Assembly: GCF_902652985.1 (NCBI RefSeq)
Contig: NC_047022.1
Coordinates: 17,112,001-17,176,000, forward strand
DNA from: Pecten maximus
Taxonomy: Eukaryota
Reading direction: 5' to 3'
Length of the DNA: 64,000 nt
Below, one piece after another: positions 52,901-64,000 of this stretch. How positions within the stretch are numbered: the stretch's first letter is position 1; the number at the start of each line of letters is the position of its first letter. Below the pieces are notes generated by a model, which was not told the DNA's origin, did not search any database, and was given only the letters and a program-made list of their open reading frames with translations. The position numbers and the translations under genes are program-made.

Positions 52901-55733
52901 ACAAAATGGCGGGTCAACAGTGTGAAATTGTTGACAAGCGTAAAGTGAGGGTCCATACGTTTTCATATAGCAGTGTGCTCTCGCCCCTTCACCAAACATG
53001 GTGTCAGGGCCAGATGAAACTCGAGCTAGGTTTGACCTTACATAACCTTCTATCATTATGATTTGTATCCCTTGCAAATGTCTACAATCAAACAAAAATG
53101 TTTATGAACTCTGTATTTGCATTTTTATTTTCAAACATACTATTTCAAGAATAAGGAATTGAATATAATTGTATTACCTGCTTTTTGACGTCATACCGAT
53201 CCCAAGATTGTCTCCCTTTCCGCCTGACATGGAAGGTAAATATGGCGTTACGCTTAGGGATTCTAGGTGTCACGGATACCACTATTTTACCATCTGAGTT
53301 TTTTAAAGTGTAAAACTCTCCTTCATTTTCATTGTCAAGAGTGAGATAAGGCATTGGGAAAATGTCGCTCTCTAAACATTCCTGTTCGGTTAATGTAGGA
53401 CATGTGATGTCAACATCAATAACAGTTGACTCGAATGAGATTTTGTCACTTTGAATTTCTTCGAAAGGAAATTCACTTTTTCTTTTTTCTGAATCCCATG
53501 GTTTTGTTTTCACACAAATGATGTCGTTGTACGATATACATCTGAAAGGTAACGAAAACTATCAGTATGTACTTCATTGAATTTCTATCCAAATAATTAT
53601 GAAGCCAGCATATGTATTCTAAATCATCAAATAACCTCTGAACTGATCATTTATTTAGCCAGTGGATATATTTCGTCAATCCAATCCTTTCGATTATCTT
53701 TATATTTTCTTATTACAACAGATTAGCAAATCAAAATCAAAATTGTATCAGTGATCAATTCAATTTTTTTTTATTACGTACCATGACTATTTCTAATGAC
53801 ATTCAAGACAAAAGTTCATGTCGATGATAAGCATTCCAATGCTTTATGTAAAAACAGAAAGGAGTGAACAATATCAAAAAAGTTGCTTTCTGATAGAAAT
53901 GACTCATATGAGAAAATTTAATTCCTTTGCAATATTGGTAAAAAAAACTATTCAAGCTTTCAAAAAAGGAATTGTACATTAGTAATTTATACCAAATATA
54001 AAACAAAAAAACTTACTCAGCCATCCTGCTTTCTGCAACGTTTGAAAGAGTATTTTCATTCAAACTGAAAGATAATATTTTATTGCATTCGTTGATTAAA
54101 AGGGCATTATAAATAATATTTTATGACATTACTTTAGGATAAGCAGATATTGGTAACCCATTAAATCATTCTCATACCATAAACACTGAGTTTGATTTCA
54201 TCAAAAAACACACAGGTTATTTAAGATTATTCAAAATGAGATAAAACATTGTCTTGTAGGCAACGACCAAGGGAAAGTGTCATGGCCGACAGTATGATCT
54301 CAGTGTCCTTGTGCCATAACAAGTTAAGTCAGACGTGCTTATTGATATGCCTAGTGGTTCCATTGTCACTTCAATATTTTTCATTTTGAATGTATGACTT
54401 AACCTGAATATGACATAGATTTGAATGGCTGGTATCGTCAATTAAGCAGAAGACGCTTACACTATCGGACCACCTGGTCTTATTCCCCTTGTACTTCTTC
54501 AAGGGTTTCCATGCAGATATATCATGTTTCAGTAATACTTTATTGATTTTGAGTTAGAAGTACAGTTTCGTTATCATGTCTGTATTCTCTGATGTTTTTG
54601 TTAAATGTGATAACGTTGAACATATCATCTTTTATTTCTTTCATGATTTTCAGGAATATCCCCTTAGCATCACTGAAGGCAACAGCTGATCTATGCTGCA
54701 ATCTGTCCACAAGAAAGTTTGTTTAATCCTACTTCATAATCGAAGTTATTTTCATATGTATATACATTTTGTACTTTTGTCCTTATATGGCATTTGCTTG
54801 CAATGATTACATGGGTTTTTAATAATATTGAGAATGTCGGATACATCAAGAATAACATGTTAAAATAGTAAATTAATCATATTTTTAAGATATTGCTTCC
54901 AATTGTTCTTCATTTTGTTCATGAATGTTAACTTGAAGTTGAATTCATTATTGATCCACGTTTCCCTTATATTATTTGTATAATATATGACTGATAGCTG
55001 AAGGAAACTGATAACTTTCATTTGCTCAAAAAGCCAAGTAGATGAATAAATTGTAATGTAAACTCATTTGGAGCCTATATGCTTACAGTAAGTATGGCAG
55101 AAACGTGGCTTTTATATACCTCTGGAATGTTTTAACAGATTATGAAAACAAATTCGGATGTTCATATTTTTCACATACATTATATTATTTTGTGTATACA
55201 TTCATATCCATTCATCACTTTCTTTTAAATATCTTAAAGTGGGGCAACCCGATTGAACTTTTTAAATAAAACATAATTATGAAATGTCCCGAAAATACAT
55301 ATGCATGTTTAAGAAGAGTCGCAGTTAATCAAAATATCTATTTATTTTACATCAATTGTGAAACAAGTAACATAAACTTAAATGCATCACTTTTCTTGGC
55401 CAAGAGGGAGGTGTGGTGATCTTAATAAGTGAAGAAGCCCCACATGGTCTGGTTGGTGACTCTGGTCGCCTAGGTAAAAGGTGAGTATGTTACCGTTATG
55501 CCATTCGACCAAACTTTAAAAATGACAATACAATTGTTTTTCATTTCAAATGGCATTTCGCTTAGCAAGTATTAAACTCAATGAGAAAAATACTGTTGAA
55601 ATGTTTTAAGATAAATTTCAAGAAATAAATTATCTTAAAACACCAATCGATGTCAATATATGGAGTACATTTGTATATTACATGCTATTTTAGACCTCTT
55701 CCTCGCTTATTACCTGCTGGGATTACTTCCCAT
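44606..55733 (-). CDS. Death domain-containing protein 1 (DTHD1)/PIDD-like ZU5-ZU5-UPA-death domain protein, 7 coding exons, about 668 aa
   Basis: Exons 55733-55714, 54064-54017, 53541-53178, 51875-51681, 48420-48128, 47476-46695 (or 46689) and 44910-44606; all GT-AG with matching phases 2,2,0,0,2,1; 2007 nt open. ZU5-like GCVE...IEFPPDSV...VTIEV...SDMV...FEITTDHFC, UPA-like CNILLF...SPTIRL...FDRNNHDNSLSFHV, a low-complexity linker, then a death fold FSERSMTLLARQI...LATLLGI...LLLHW...LKSALTEIDQKGLAERV. The start exon is less certain. Confidence 0.85.
47674..47770. mobile_element. Short MITE-like element with a (TTTCG)n interior
   Basis: Inverted ends GGGTACC...GGTACCC around degenerate TTTCG/TTTTG pentamers. 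Confidence 0.45.
48799..51500. mobile_element. Foldback/MULE-like non-autonomous element (2702 bp) with long modular TIRs and 9-bp TSD, in an intron of the DTHD1-like gene
   Basis: The left end AGCGGGCTGAAGTTAGCAGCGGATTCG... is the exact reverse complement of the right end ...CGAATCCGCTGCTAACTTCAGCCCGCT. CTTAAAATA is duplicated at 48790-48798 and 51501-51509. Arms are built from 38-bp subrepeats containing CCGCTGCTGGCAGCGG. Confidence 0.92.
49832..50711. mobile_element. Helentron-associated non-autonomous element (HINE/DINE-like) nested in the foldback element
   Basis: Starts AACTAGAAATGTC, has an internal (GGGAC)n microsatellite at about 50230-50250, and ends in the stem-loop CCCCACCATTTCATGGCGGGGG followed by TATAAAA; no TSD. 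Confidence 0.6.
52408..53031. mobile_element. Decayed MITE with about 75-bp imperfect TIRs, adjoining a pogo/Tigger-like MITE remnant (about 52270-52409)
   Basis: CCTAGCCCGAGTTTCGCCTTGCCCTGACACCATGCCTGGTG...TATATGAAAACGTA matches the reverse complement of 52955-53031. Confidence 0.65.
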
Positions 55734-55944
55734 TTCCGTCTCTTCCTCTAAAGATTGTTTTCTGTAATCCGAAACACAATATATACAACACTGATACAAT
55801 AGTTTGTACACTGTAAGAAATATAAGCAGAAGTAATACAATAGCATTAACACTATTAATATGATATCATATACAGACTTGATACAATGATATAAACAATA
55901 TTGATAAAAGAATATATACAACATTTATATATAAGCAAAACCAC

Positions 55945-58900
55945 CCATATGTGTTGATCTGTCGAGTCGGATCGCCCGAGTTTCTTGCGCGGAGGAAGAT
56001 ATCACGAGTGTGCTTTTATCACATACCTGTATTAATTATAACTTACCTTAATTATGAAATCCATTTTCGGTTTGAAGTGGCATTTCATCACTATGTATTA
56101 ATTTCGTTTGATCACTATTTTTGTACTGATTAACTCCCTTCTGTTTTCAAACTGATAATGTAAAGGAAAATCACAACACTTATGGATGCGAAATCATTTA
56201 TTTGCAATCAGATATGTATTCAAACGTTAAAATAAATGCCGTGTTAATAAATTCTCCAAACTGTCCGTGAAAGTGTTCGGCATTTAATTATGATTTAAAA
56301 TACAACATCGTTTACTTCAAGCGGCAAAGCTTGAATATATTGTTTAATTTAATTTAATTTAGCATTAGTTAAGCATGGATATACAGTAAAAAATCAAATT
56401 AAACCTATATATCGATGGCTGTCGTTGAGCGACTACGTCACAGCGCGTGCAAATTGTATTCACAAAAACAAGCGATATGTCACACCAAATCATCGTCAGA
56501 GTCAGTGATTCGTAGGATTCTACGATATTTCCTTGGAGATATAACTTGAGAGGAAGATTGGGAAGATATTTGAAAGGAAATGTTAAATGTGCCGCCAGTA
56601 ATATTTGCCCTAGATAACATTCCCGTGGCAAGATAATGACAATCTCCAGATGACCTTGGCATTGGATTTTTAACTGGTTCGATCACGTTTTCATTTCTGG
56701 AATTTCTCTTTGCCACTTCACTACGATGTTTGTTTTGTTTGTTCGAGTTTTACGGCCCATCGACAACTAGGGTCATTTAGGGCCAAACAATAATATCTTT
56801 TTATTGTTTATGTTAAAATCAGATAAAATGGTCATTTTCAAAAGCATTCGTATTGTATATGTTTACATTATATGATTAAAAAAGCTGGTTAAAAATGGTA
56901 AAAATATATTTATACGAATAGATTATGTGAACTTTGTGATATATACGTCAAAGGGAGTAAGGTAAAAGACATCAAAGTCTATAGAATAGATCGATTTCTT
57001 TCAAGTAGCTAAATACTGTTTTCGAGTCCCCGGAACTGAAAAGGGTTTTCATATCCGGGACTCGAAAATCTTTATCACGAATATGCTTGAAATCGGAACA
57101 TTCTATTAAAAAGTGCTCCACTGTGAATTGAGCATCACATGCATAACATATTGGTGGATCTTCTTTAAAAGGAACGAACGAGTAGGATATGTGTGCCCGG
57201 TACGGAGCCGAGAGAGGACTATTTCCTCTCTACGATCCTTCCGCCCGGAGTGGACGCTTTAAGTTTCGGTTGTACTTTAAAAAGTTTGTTGTTCGTCTCG
57301 AGAGACCAGCGTTGCTGCCATTTATTCTGGATGGAAAACTAATTACAGGTTTGAAATCTGTCAGTGACAATGTCAAAGAGTTTAACGCATTGCAAAGTAT
57401 TCTTCGTAATACTGATTATCTATGTAATTCCACTTTACATCGCATATATAATATTTAAGTTATTGATGAATTACCTGATTAATTGAGTGTGTAAGCATCC
57501 AACGCTACTCTAATAATAATCAAGCTGGCTGAAGGGCTTACAGAATAAAGAAACTGAATTGAAATGAGAACGAAAAGAGAATGCTTGAGGGGTAGTAGTA
57601 GTTATTTTGTGTCAACGCCAGAACTTTATAGTATTTAGGACTAACGCCAGAACACCAGAACAATCTCTTATTCTTATCGGTATTGTGTGTGGTCTTTATA
57701 TTTTAAACTAGTCATGTAGTGGTCCATTTTTTTAAATTGAAGATAGGTATAACCCTATATAGATGGCAAGTTCAATTTAAAAACAAAATATCAAACAACT
57801 ATCAGCTATTACCTCATCCAAATTTTACGACAAATTTCAACTGATACTGCTAGTTCATGGTATACATGTACGTATAATGCCCCGGCCCTGTCTTGAACAA
57901 GTTATTGAACACCGTTACATGCAATCTTTCGATTTCAAAACGAAGTTCAACAACTACCGAAATGATGCAGTTGAAGAAAAGGAAAGGACGATCTCATCAC
58001 TGGCATTAAAACATGCTATCTTATTAGTCCGTGATCCCTGTACATGCACCAGTAAAATAAAGTATGCCGAGATGACCCCAAAAAGTGTACCTGGTGACAG
58101 TCGATTATATAATCGCATGACCTTTCAACCCCGTATGTAAAGTGTAGTCAAGGGAGATAACCTTAGCTATATCTGTATACGCTAGGTGGCGTGCTACACG
58201 CGCCACCTTATAATCAGTTCTTGCTTAGCGCTACATCCGCCAGCATCGCTCTCCTCGCACTGTGTCATGGGTGAAGAGGAATCCCATTGACGTAGGTTTA
58301 CAAAAATGAAGAATCTGGACAGGCTGAGGGAGAAGTTTGAAAAATGGTGTTTTGTTGGAGGAATTCGGCGATGTTTTCACGGATTATTGTGTTTTGGATG
58401 TAACAATTCGTATTGAATGACACGGTAGGTTAAAGATGAATGTTTCTAGATGACGGTAGCATATAGTATGCGCCGTGTCAGTTTGAATAAATGTGTTTTT
58501 TAGTCAATTGAAGTGAGATGGGGTGCCGTTTCGCTCGTGGCGGAGTTGCCAACCTTGTACTTTACAGAGTACATATACCACTGTCATACAAAAAAAAAAA
58601 AAGATTTTTTTTCTATGCAAGCGCCTGTCATTTTAATTGCCTGTTTTCGTCGCACCCCCTGAATCCCAACAATTTTGTATTATGATACCACACAGTGTTG
58701 AGTAGAGACGGCGGATGGTCTTATCCCAGCTGACCCTTTGCCATAGCGCGTTTTCCTCATTTTCACTGACCGGCTCAGTACTGTTCGGTTATATTTCTCA
58801 ACCCTCGTTGTTTCAGTTCTTTCCTACGGGACTGTAGCACCTGACGACTGGTGCTAAATAACTCTGATGTCATTATGTTGTATGGATAGTCTATTTCACG

Positions 58901-59415
58901 AAGGTAACGGTCCCGTACGGGCTGCTATGAAGGAACAGTGTGACTTTCTTCGTCATTTATAAACCCTTCCTCGTTATTCACTTCATCAAATATCAGATCA
59001 TGATGAATTTCAAAATTAGCGTCCGAAAGTTCCATGTTATGATGATATACTATGAGCTATCAAACAGACTCTAGCAGACGACAGAAATGTCGGAGGACAA
59101 TATTTATTTAAGTGAAATAAACATACATTTTAAATATTTAAGCAATTTATGTTTATTTGTATTTAAATTCATTTATTTAAAAAAAATATTTTCATAATTT
59201 TTTATTAGAGTTGTATGATACAGTCTCACTTTATTTCTTCTAATGAGCTGTCTATTTTTAGTTTCATGGAAAAGGGAATTCCTCTTAAAAGTAGTTGCGG
59301 CTAGTATGGTGATACAACATCTTGTATCACATATGTGTGATACAAACCGACAGAAAACATTCACCGAAATGTGTTATATCACTATAGTAAGATTACATAG
59401 GTATCTGATAAAATA
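55945..59415 (-). mobile_element. Disrupted Crypton (DUF3504-type tyrosine recombinase) transposon with nested insertions
   Basis: Minus strand about 58912-58628 translates, with frameshifts, as DRYLREIDYPYNIMTSELFSTSRQVLQSRRKELKQRGLRN..STEPVSENEENALW.KGQLG.DHPPSLLNTVWYHNTKLLGFRGCDENRQL (CryptonA/ZMYM/KCTD1-type). A Crypton-like tail ...NITGGTFNI...KYRRILRITDSDDD lies at 56480-56716. Inverted 15-mers TTTTATCACATACCT (56014-56028) and AGGTATCTGATAAAA (59399-59413) bracket the fragments. Confidence 0.75.
56728..57390 (-). mobile_element. 5'-truncated I-group (I/Nimb-like) LINE, ORF2 C-terminus and 3' tail
   Basis: Frameshifted translation KWQQRW..NNKLFKVQP..RREEIVLSRLRTGHTY..EDPPICYACDAQFTVEHFLIEC..VFSYLKEIDLFYRL* (stop 56974-56972), with RLRxGH and a CCHC knuckle. 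Tail GGCCCTAAATGACCCTAGTTGTCGATGGGCCGTAAAAC followed by (CAAA)n. Confidence 0.88.
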
Positions 59416-61449
59416 TTGTTACAATATTGTTTATGACACTTACAATACGTTATATACAACATTCATACACTATTATAAACAACATTAGTTAAACAGCATA
59501 TAAAATATTCATACAACAATACACAACAATGATACAATAGAACTTTCATTATTTATCATAAAAACACGAATACAATACCATACAACATTCATGCAACACC
59601 CCGATGTATCTCAGTAGAAAAACAAAAATGATCAGTAATAAAAAAATGTAGGACGAATCTAAATCAGAAATATGATAATGGGAGAAAAGGGTCAAAACAA
59701 TACTATTTCGTTTGGAGGACTTTATAATTGATCAGCAAGAACAAGAGTCTATCTGTCCTTCCGTCCGTCAGTCAGGCCATCCGTCCGTCTGTATGTCCGT
59801 CTGTCTAACCGCCTGTCTATCCTTCAGGATAAAACCACTAATGTCACGGTTACGTTAATGCTCAACACGACCTGTAATAGATACTTTTTTTATCTCGGCA
59901 ACGATACAATCGTCCATGTATATATGTATGCAATCAATGCATTTGTTATCTGACTCGAGTCTGTAACGTGAGAACTATGTGATTGTGTAGGTTTAATTTT
60001 ACGCGAGTGTCTTATATGACATCACTGCCGTTATGGTTAATCTTATATACGGCTTAATACAACAGTCATACTTCAAATAACAAAGGATTGGGAAGGGATC
60101 GTATGCGATATTGTAAGATGACATGTTTATGGATTTCCAAAAATGACAAATATATATAATATTAAAAAATATCTTATGATTTCATTTTGTTTTAATTTTA
60201 ACTGCGAAGTTTCATTTGTTTGAAAATTGAAACTGACAAAGCTTTTGTAATCATTAAAGTAGTTCGCCTATTGTTTAAGTGTGTGCATTCACTGCATGAG
60301 TTGTCATATATAACACGCTAATGTCACAATACATGTAGTACATATGTAGGCAGATGTTTATTCATATATTTTTCTATCACTTAACTGTAGATACCTAAAG
60401 TAATAAACCTGGTTTGTTATAAAAAAAACAAAAAACACATGCAGCTTTATATCGTAAAACTTATAGAAATATGAAATACAAAAGTTGTATCCAAAATTTA
60501 ATGTTAAACTGAACCAATATTGCATTTATATTTATAATGATATAGCTATGAGTGATTTATGTAGTATCGTGTAATATCAGGTTATTAATGTGATATTGAT
60601 ATATGTCATATCAAACATTAGTACTCTTAACGCACAAAACAGATACATACCATTACTACAGCAATACCGCATATCATTTAGCAAAAGAACTAACGGTAAA
60701 TAGTTTGGATCCCTTTGATGTCCCACACAACTCGGCGACTCTCGGCAGGCAAAACGTTTCTGATTGGTTGACCAATCAGTGTACATCGCCAGTTCGAATA
60801 CAGACGTCCGATTGGGGCACGATATCGGTGTAGTGTTTCGAGTAGGCGGCCGGGTTTACCCGCGAAATTCATCGATGAAACATGAGTTTGAAATTATTTG
60901 GTATTTAACCGGATTTTGTCTTTTTACATAAAGGACCAATTATCATGAATTTGACAGTTTTACCCAAAAGTTAAAAATCACTTTTAAAATTTTGGTTATT
61001 TACATTCCCGTTTCTGGTTGTTATAATATAGAGAAGGTAACCAACTCCCACATGAAAATTTTACCGTCGTCAGTCACCTACCTCGCTTCGGTGCTCTATA
61101 TCACATGAAATTCCCACTAAACAATCAAACGGCCGTTATGGACCGCTTGCGGACATAATTTCCTCTAAATGTAAACATGTTTCACTGTATCAGTCCGCGT
61201 ATTTAAGCTGATAAATCCACGACATGCTCCAGTTGGCTGTTGGTTCAACCATGACAGAGACAACTTCAACGGAAGTAATAAATTCACGACCCCTAGCGGC
61301 GGAGGTCAAGATCTTCGAGGTGTTCCGAGTACTATTATCGCTACGAACAGGTAAGAGAATCTCGATGTATTTGTTTTGGCGGAATTTTTGAACGTCAATT
61401 TTCCTAGTGATCGATCCTCGATTATATTTTTTCTATCTTCACGTGAAAA

Positions 61450-63846
61450 ATGTCAGATTTTCACAAGGATTACAAGGTATCTTGGCTTCTTCAAAATATC
61501 ATTCAATCTAGTGACAATGACTATGTTGATTTAGCAGAAATTCAGAAAAAAAAACTGGATGTAAAGCAGGATGGTTTGGGAGATTGGTAAAACAGTTTTT
61601 TACAGTGAAAACCAAACCAGGGAGATGCAGGGATTGCTGGGCTAAATTAACACAGCGGTATTATGGAGTCACATGGAGTAAAGAGAGTACACCAACTGAA
61701 TGTTCACCATCTTCACTGCCAGCAGAATTTTTTATAATATCATCTGAACAGAACTTGGTCAAAATTGGGTATTTTACAGGTACAATTATCAATGGTGCTA
61801 AAGTTCTTTTAGAAATAATTCTAAATTCTATATGTCGCCAGTGGTCTGTTCAAGTTAATGGTAAAACTGTCAACCTAAAAGATCTGGAGATCAGCAATAC
61901 ATATGTAGACCATAGATCCATATTCAAGATTGTTCGACAGTTTCGTTACTGTGAAGGGCTGACAAATGAAGACTCATCTCATCATGATTTGAATTGTTTT
62001 CGCGAACATGTTTCAAAAATTTCAGATGAAAATGTGGAGATCATCAGATATCGGGCAAAAACTTGTACAGCCATTTTACCATTTAAATCATCTTTAACAT
62101 GCATACAATGTAAAAAGTATATACCAGTTAACCCTGTTTTACAATCTAATGACAATTCAGTACATGTATTAAATGAAATTGACAACAAGAAAACTTGTGA
62201 TGCAAAAAATGAAACCAAAATCAAAGATGAGACAAAAACCAACAATAACAGTGACATAAACAATGATGTGATTTTATGTGAAAGTGATCATAAAGACATG
62301 TGTACTATTTTTTGAACAAATATTCCCTGGCTGTCATTTAAATATGAAAACATTTCTTTTGTCTCAAAAAATGGCAATTGAGAGAGATCCTCATGGAAGG
62401 AGGTGGGACAAGGACATCATTAGAATGTGTTTAACTTTATGGTGTAGAAGTCCAAGGGGTTATACTGAACTTAGGAACAGTAACTTCATGATTTTACCTT
62501 CTAAAAATATTTTATGAATATATAAAAACACTGTTAACCAAGAGGCAGGTATCAACAAAGACATGCTTCACTGGATGACTAATGAGGCAAAATTACAAAA
62601 TATTCCTCCTGAGGGTTTATATGGTGGCCTACTCATCGATGAAATGTCTATCCAACCAGACCTTCAATTTAAAAAGGCTAATGGAACTCTGAAGCTGATT
62701 GGATTCACAGAGTGTACACCTGAGTCAGTCATTTTCGACCAACTGAAAACTAATAAACAGGAAAAAGTACTGGCAACACATGTTCTACAACTTGTATTCC
62801 TCGGATTCACGGGATTTCGGTTTCCTTTCGCACATTTCCCAACTACCACTGCTTCTGGACATGAACTGTACTTACTTGTCTGGAAGTCTGTACATATGTT
62901 GTCAATGTTTGATTTTAAAATACAGTATATCAGTACAGACGGTGCGCAGAGTAACAGAGATCTCTTCAAACTCTTATTACCAGATTTTGATTGAGCTGAT
63001 CCTAAGACATGCTCATTTACAAATATATATACAAGACAGAATCCCAAGCTTTTTTTCATCATGGATTACTCTCACGTAATGAAGAAAATTCGAAACAACA
63101 TATTGAAAAGTGGTGTCGAAAAAATTTGTAAAAGGCATATGAAACTTAATAATGAATTCATTGAATGGAGTCACTTTCGTAAAGCATATTTCTGGGACAT
63201 TTCTACCCATACATTCCCAATCCATCATAAACTTACACAGGAGCATATATTCCTGACCTCTGAGGGTAAAATGAGGAACCATCTAGCAGAGGATGTACTC
63301 AACAGTGAGATGTTGTATCTGATGGAACAGTATAAGGTTAGTTTAGGGGAAGCTGGATCACAGCTTGATGCCACAATTGGTCTACTGAAAAGTACCAGTG
63401 CCCTGATAAGAAATTTTAGAGACCCTCGTCCCATCACAGATGCAAGCGATGATCGACTACAGGAGATCTACGACTCGCTGCAGTGGTTTATAAAATGGGA
63501 AAAGTCCATAAAATCAGACGAGACCATCAAAAATAAGGAAAAACACCTGATATCTCACCAAACCAGAGAAGACATTGTTTCCTCAATTTTAGGATTTCAT
63601 GAACTGTGTTTATATAAATTCCAAAGGTCACATGCATCAGTGGTACCAAGTCGCGTAAACAGTGATGCCATAGAAAACATGTTTTGTCAACAACGCACAT
63701 TACATAATGGAGCAAACACTAATCCTACCTATTTAGGTTACTGCCATAGTGTCAATTCAGTAATACTGGGACAAGTTTCAGTATCCAGAAAGTCCAATGC
63801 AGGTTGTGGGGTTGGTGCAGTGTTGCCTTGCAAACCTCAACAGTAG
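61450..63846 (+). pseudogene. P-element-superfamily (THAP9-like) transposase pseudogene with an N-terminal RFX-like winged helix
   Basis: Reconstructed across 2 homopolymer frameshifts (A9 at about 61546-61554, T6 at about 62308-62313) and 2 in-frame TGA stops (62515, 62992). Motifs: RSPRGY..LR...LPS, LLIDEMSI (D1), FRFPFAHF, ISTDGAQSN (D2), MDYSHVMKKIRNN (DxxH), KMRNHLA, NSDAIENMFCQQR..GANTNP (E). Element termini not determined. Confidence 0.9.
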
Positions 63847-64000
63847 AAAAAGGTACCTTAAACTGTCCTGGCTAGTTAATTCTGAAGTGATAAAGAAAAA
63901 CAAATGTAACTTACTTGTGTTTGTGTAAAACCAGTGAATCCAAATATCAACTGTTAGGCCTAATATGTAATAACTGATTTGTAATTAATTATCTATAAAA

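Noticed and set aside
52895-53095. 66-aa ORF as an extra exon of the DTHD1-like gene
   Set aside because: It overlaps a MITE arm, and the flanking exons already join in phase 0.
54440-54500. Penelope-like remnant with a hammerhead ribozyme
   Set aside because: Short resemblance only; I found no CTGANGA...GAAA core with pairing stems here or elsewhere by eye.
57189-57458. Plus-strand 89-aa ORF
   Set aside because: Antisense shadow of the LINE ORF2 fragment.
62515-62994. Selenocysteine or readthrough at the in-frame TGA codons of the transposase
   Set aside because: The positions are not Cys-like catalytic sites, no SECIS was recognised, and frameshifts show the copy is decaying.

Overview
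AT-rich animal genomic DNA with spliceosomal introns. The TACATGTA-rich background and repeat families suggest a bivalve mollusc, probably scallop-like (inference). I assembled four host genes by hand from splice sites and reading frames. (1) A divergent DHFR-like gene on the minus strand (3984 to <1) with a remodelled folate-binding loop. (2) A complete 6-exon flavin-containing monooxygenase on the plus strand (27409-35971, about 584 aa). (3) A DTHD1/PIDD-like ZU5-ZU5-UPA-death-domain gene on the minus strand (55733-44606, about 668 aa) with a candidate myristoylation start and an HFC autoproteolysis-like motif. (4) Directly downstream on the same strand, a small single-HKD PLD-fold putative nuclease gene (40623-38855, about 232 aa) with the BfiI/Nuc-type H-K-N-E catalytic set. 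It has its own TATA/Inr start but is also in splice phase with the death-domain exon. The rest is transposons and tandem repeats: a decayed mariner, a 2.7-kb foldback/MULE-like element with 9-bp TSD and a nested Helentron-type element, a disrupted Crypton with a nested I-group LINE 3' end, a P-superfamily transposase pseudogene with an RFX-like winged helix where THAP normally sits, MITEs, tRNA-derived SINEs and minisatellites. The best candidate for an undescribed system is the death-domain adaptor plus PLD-nuclease pair. No database searches were run; all family assignments come from motif recognition.
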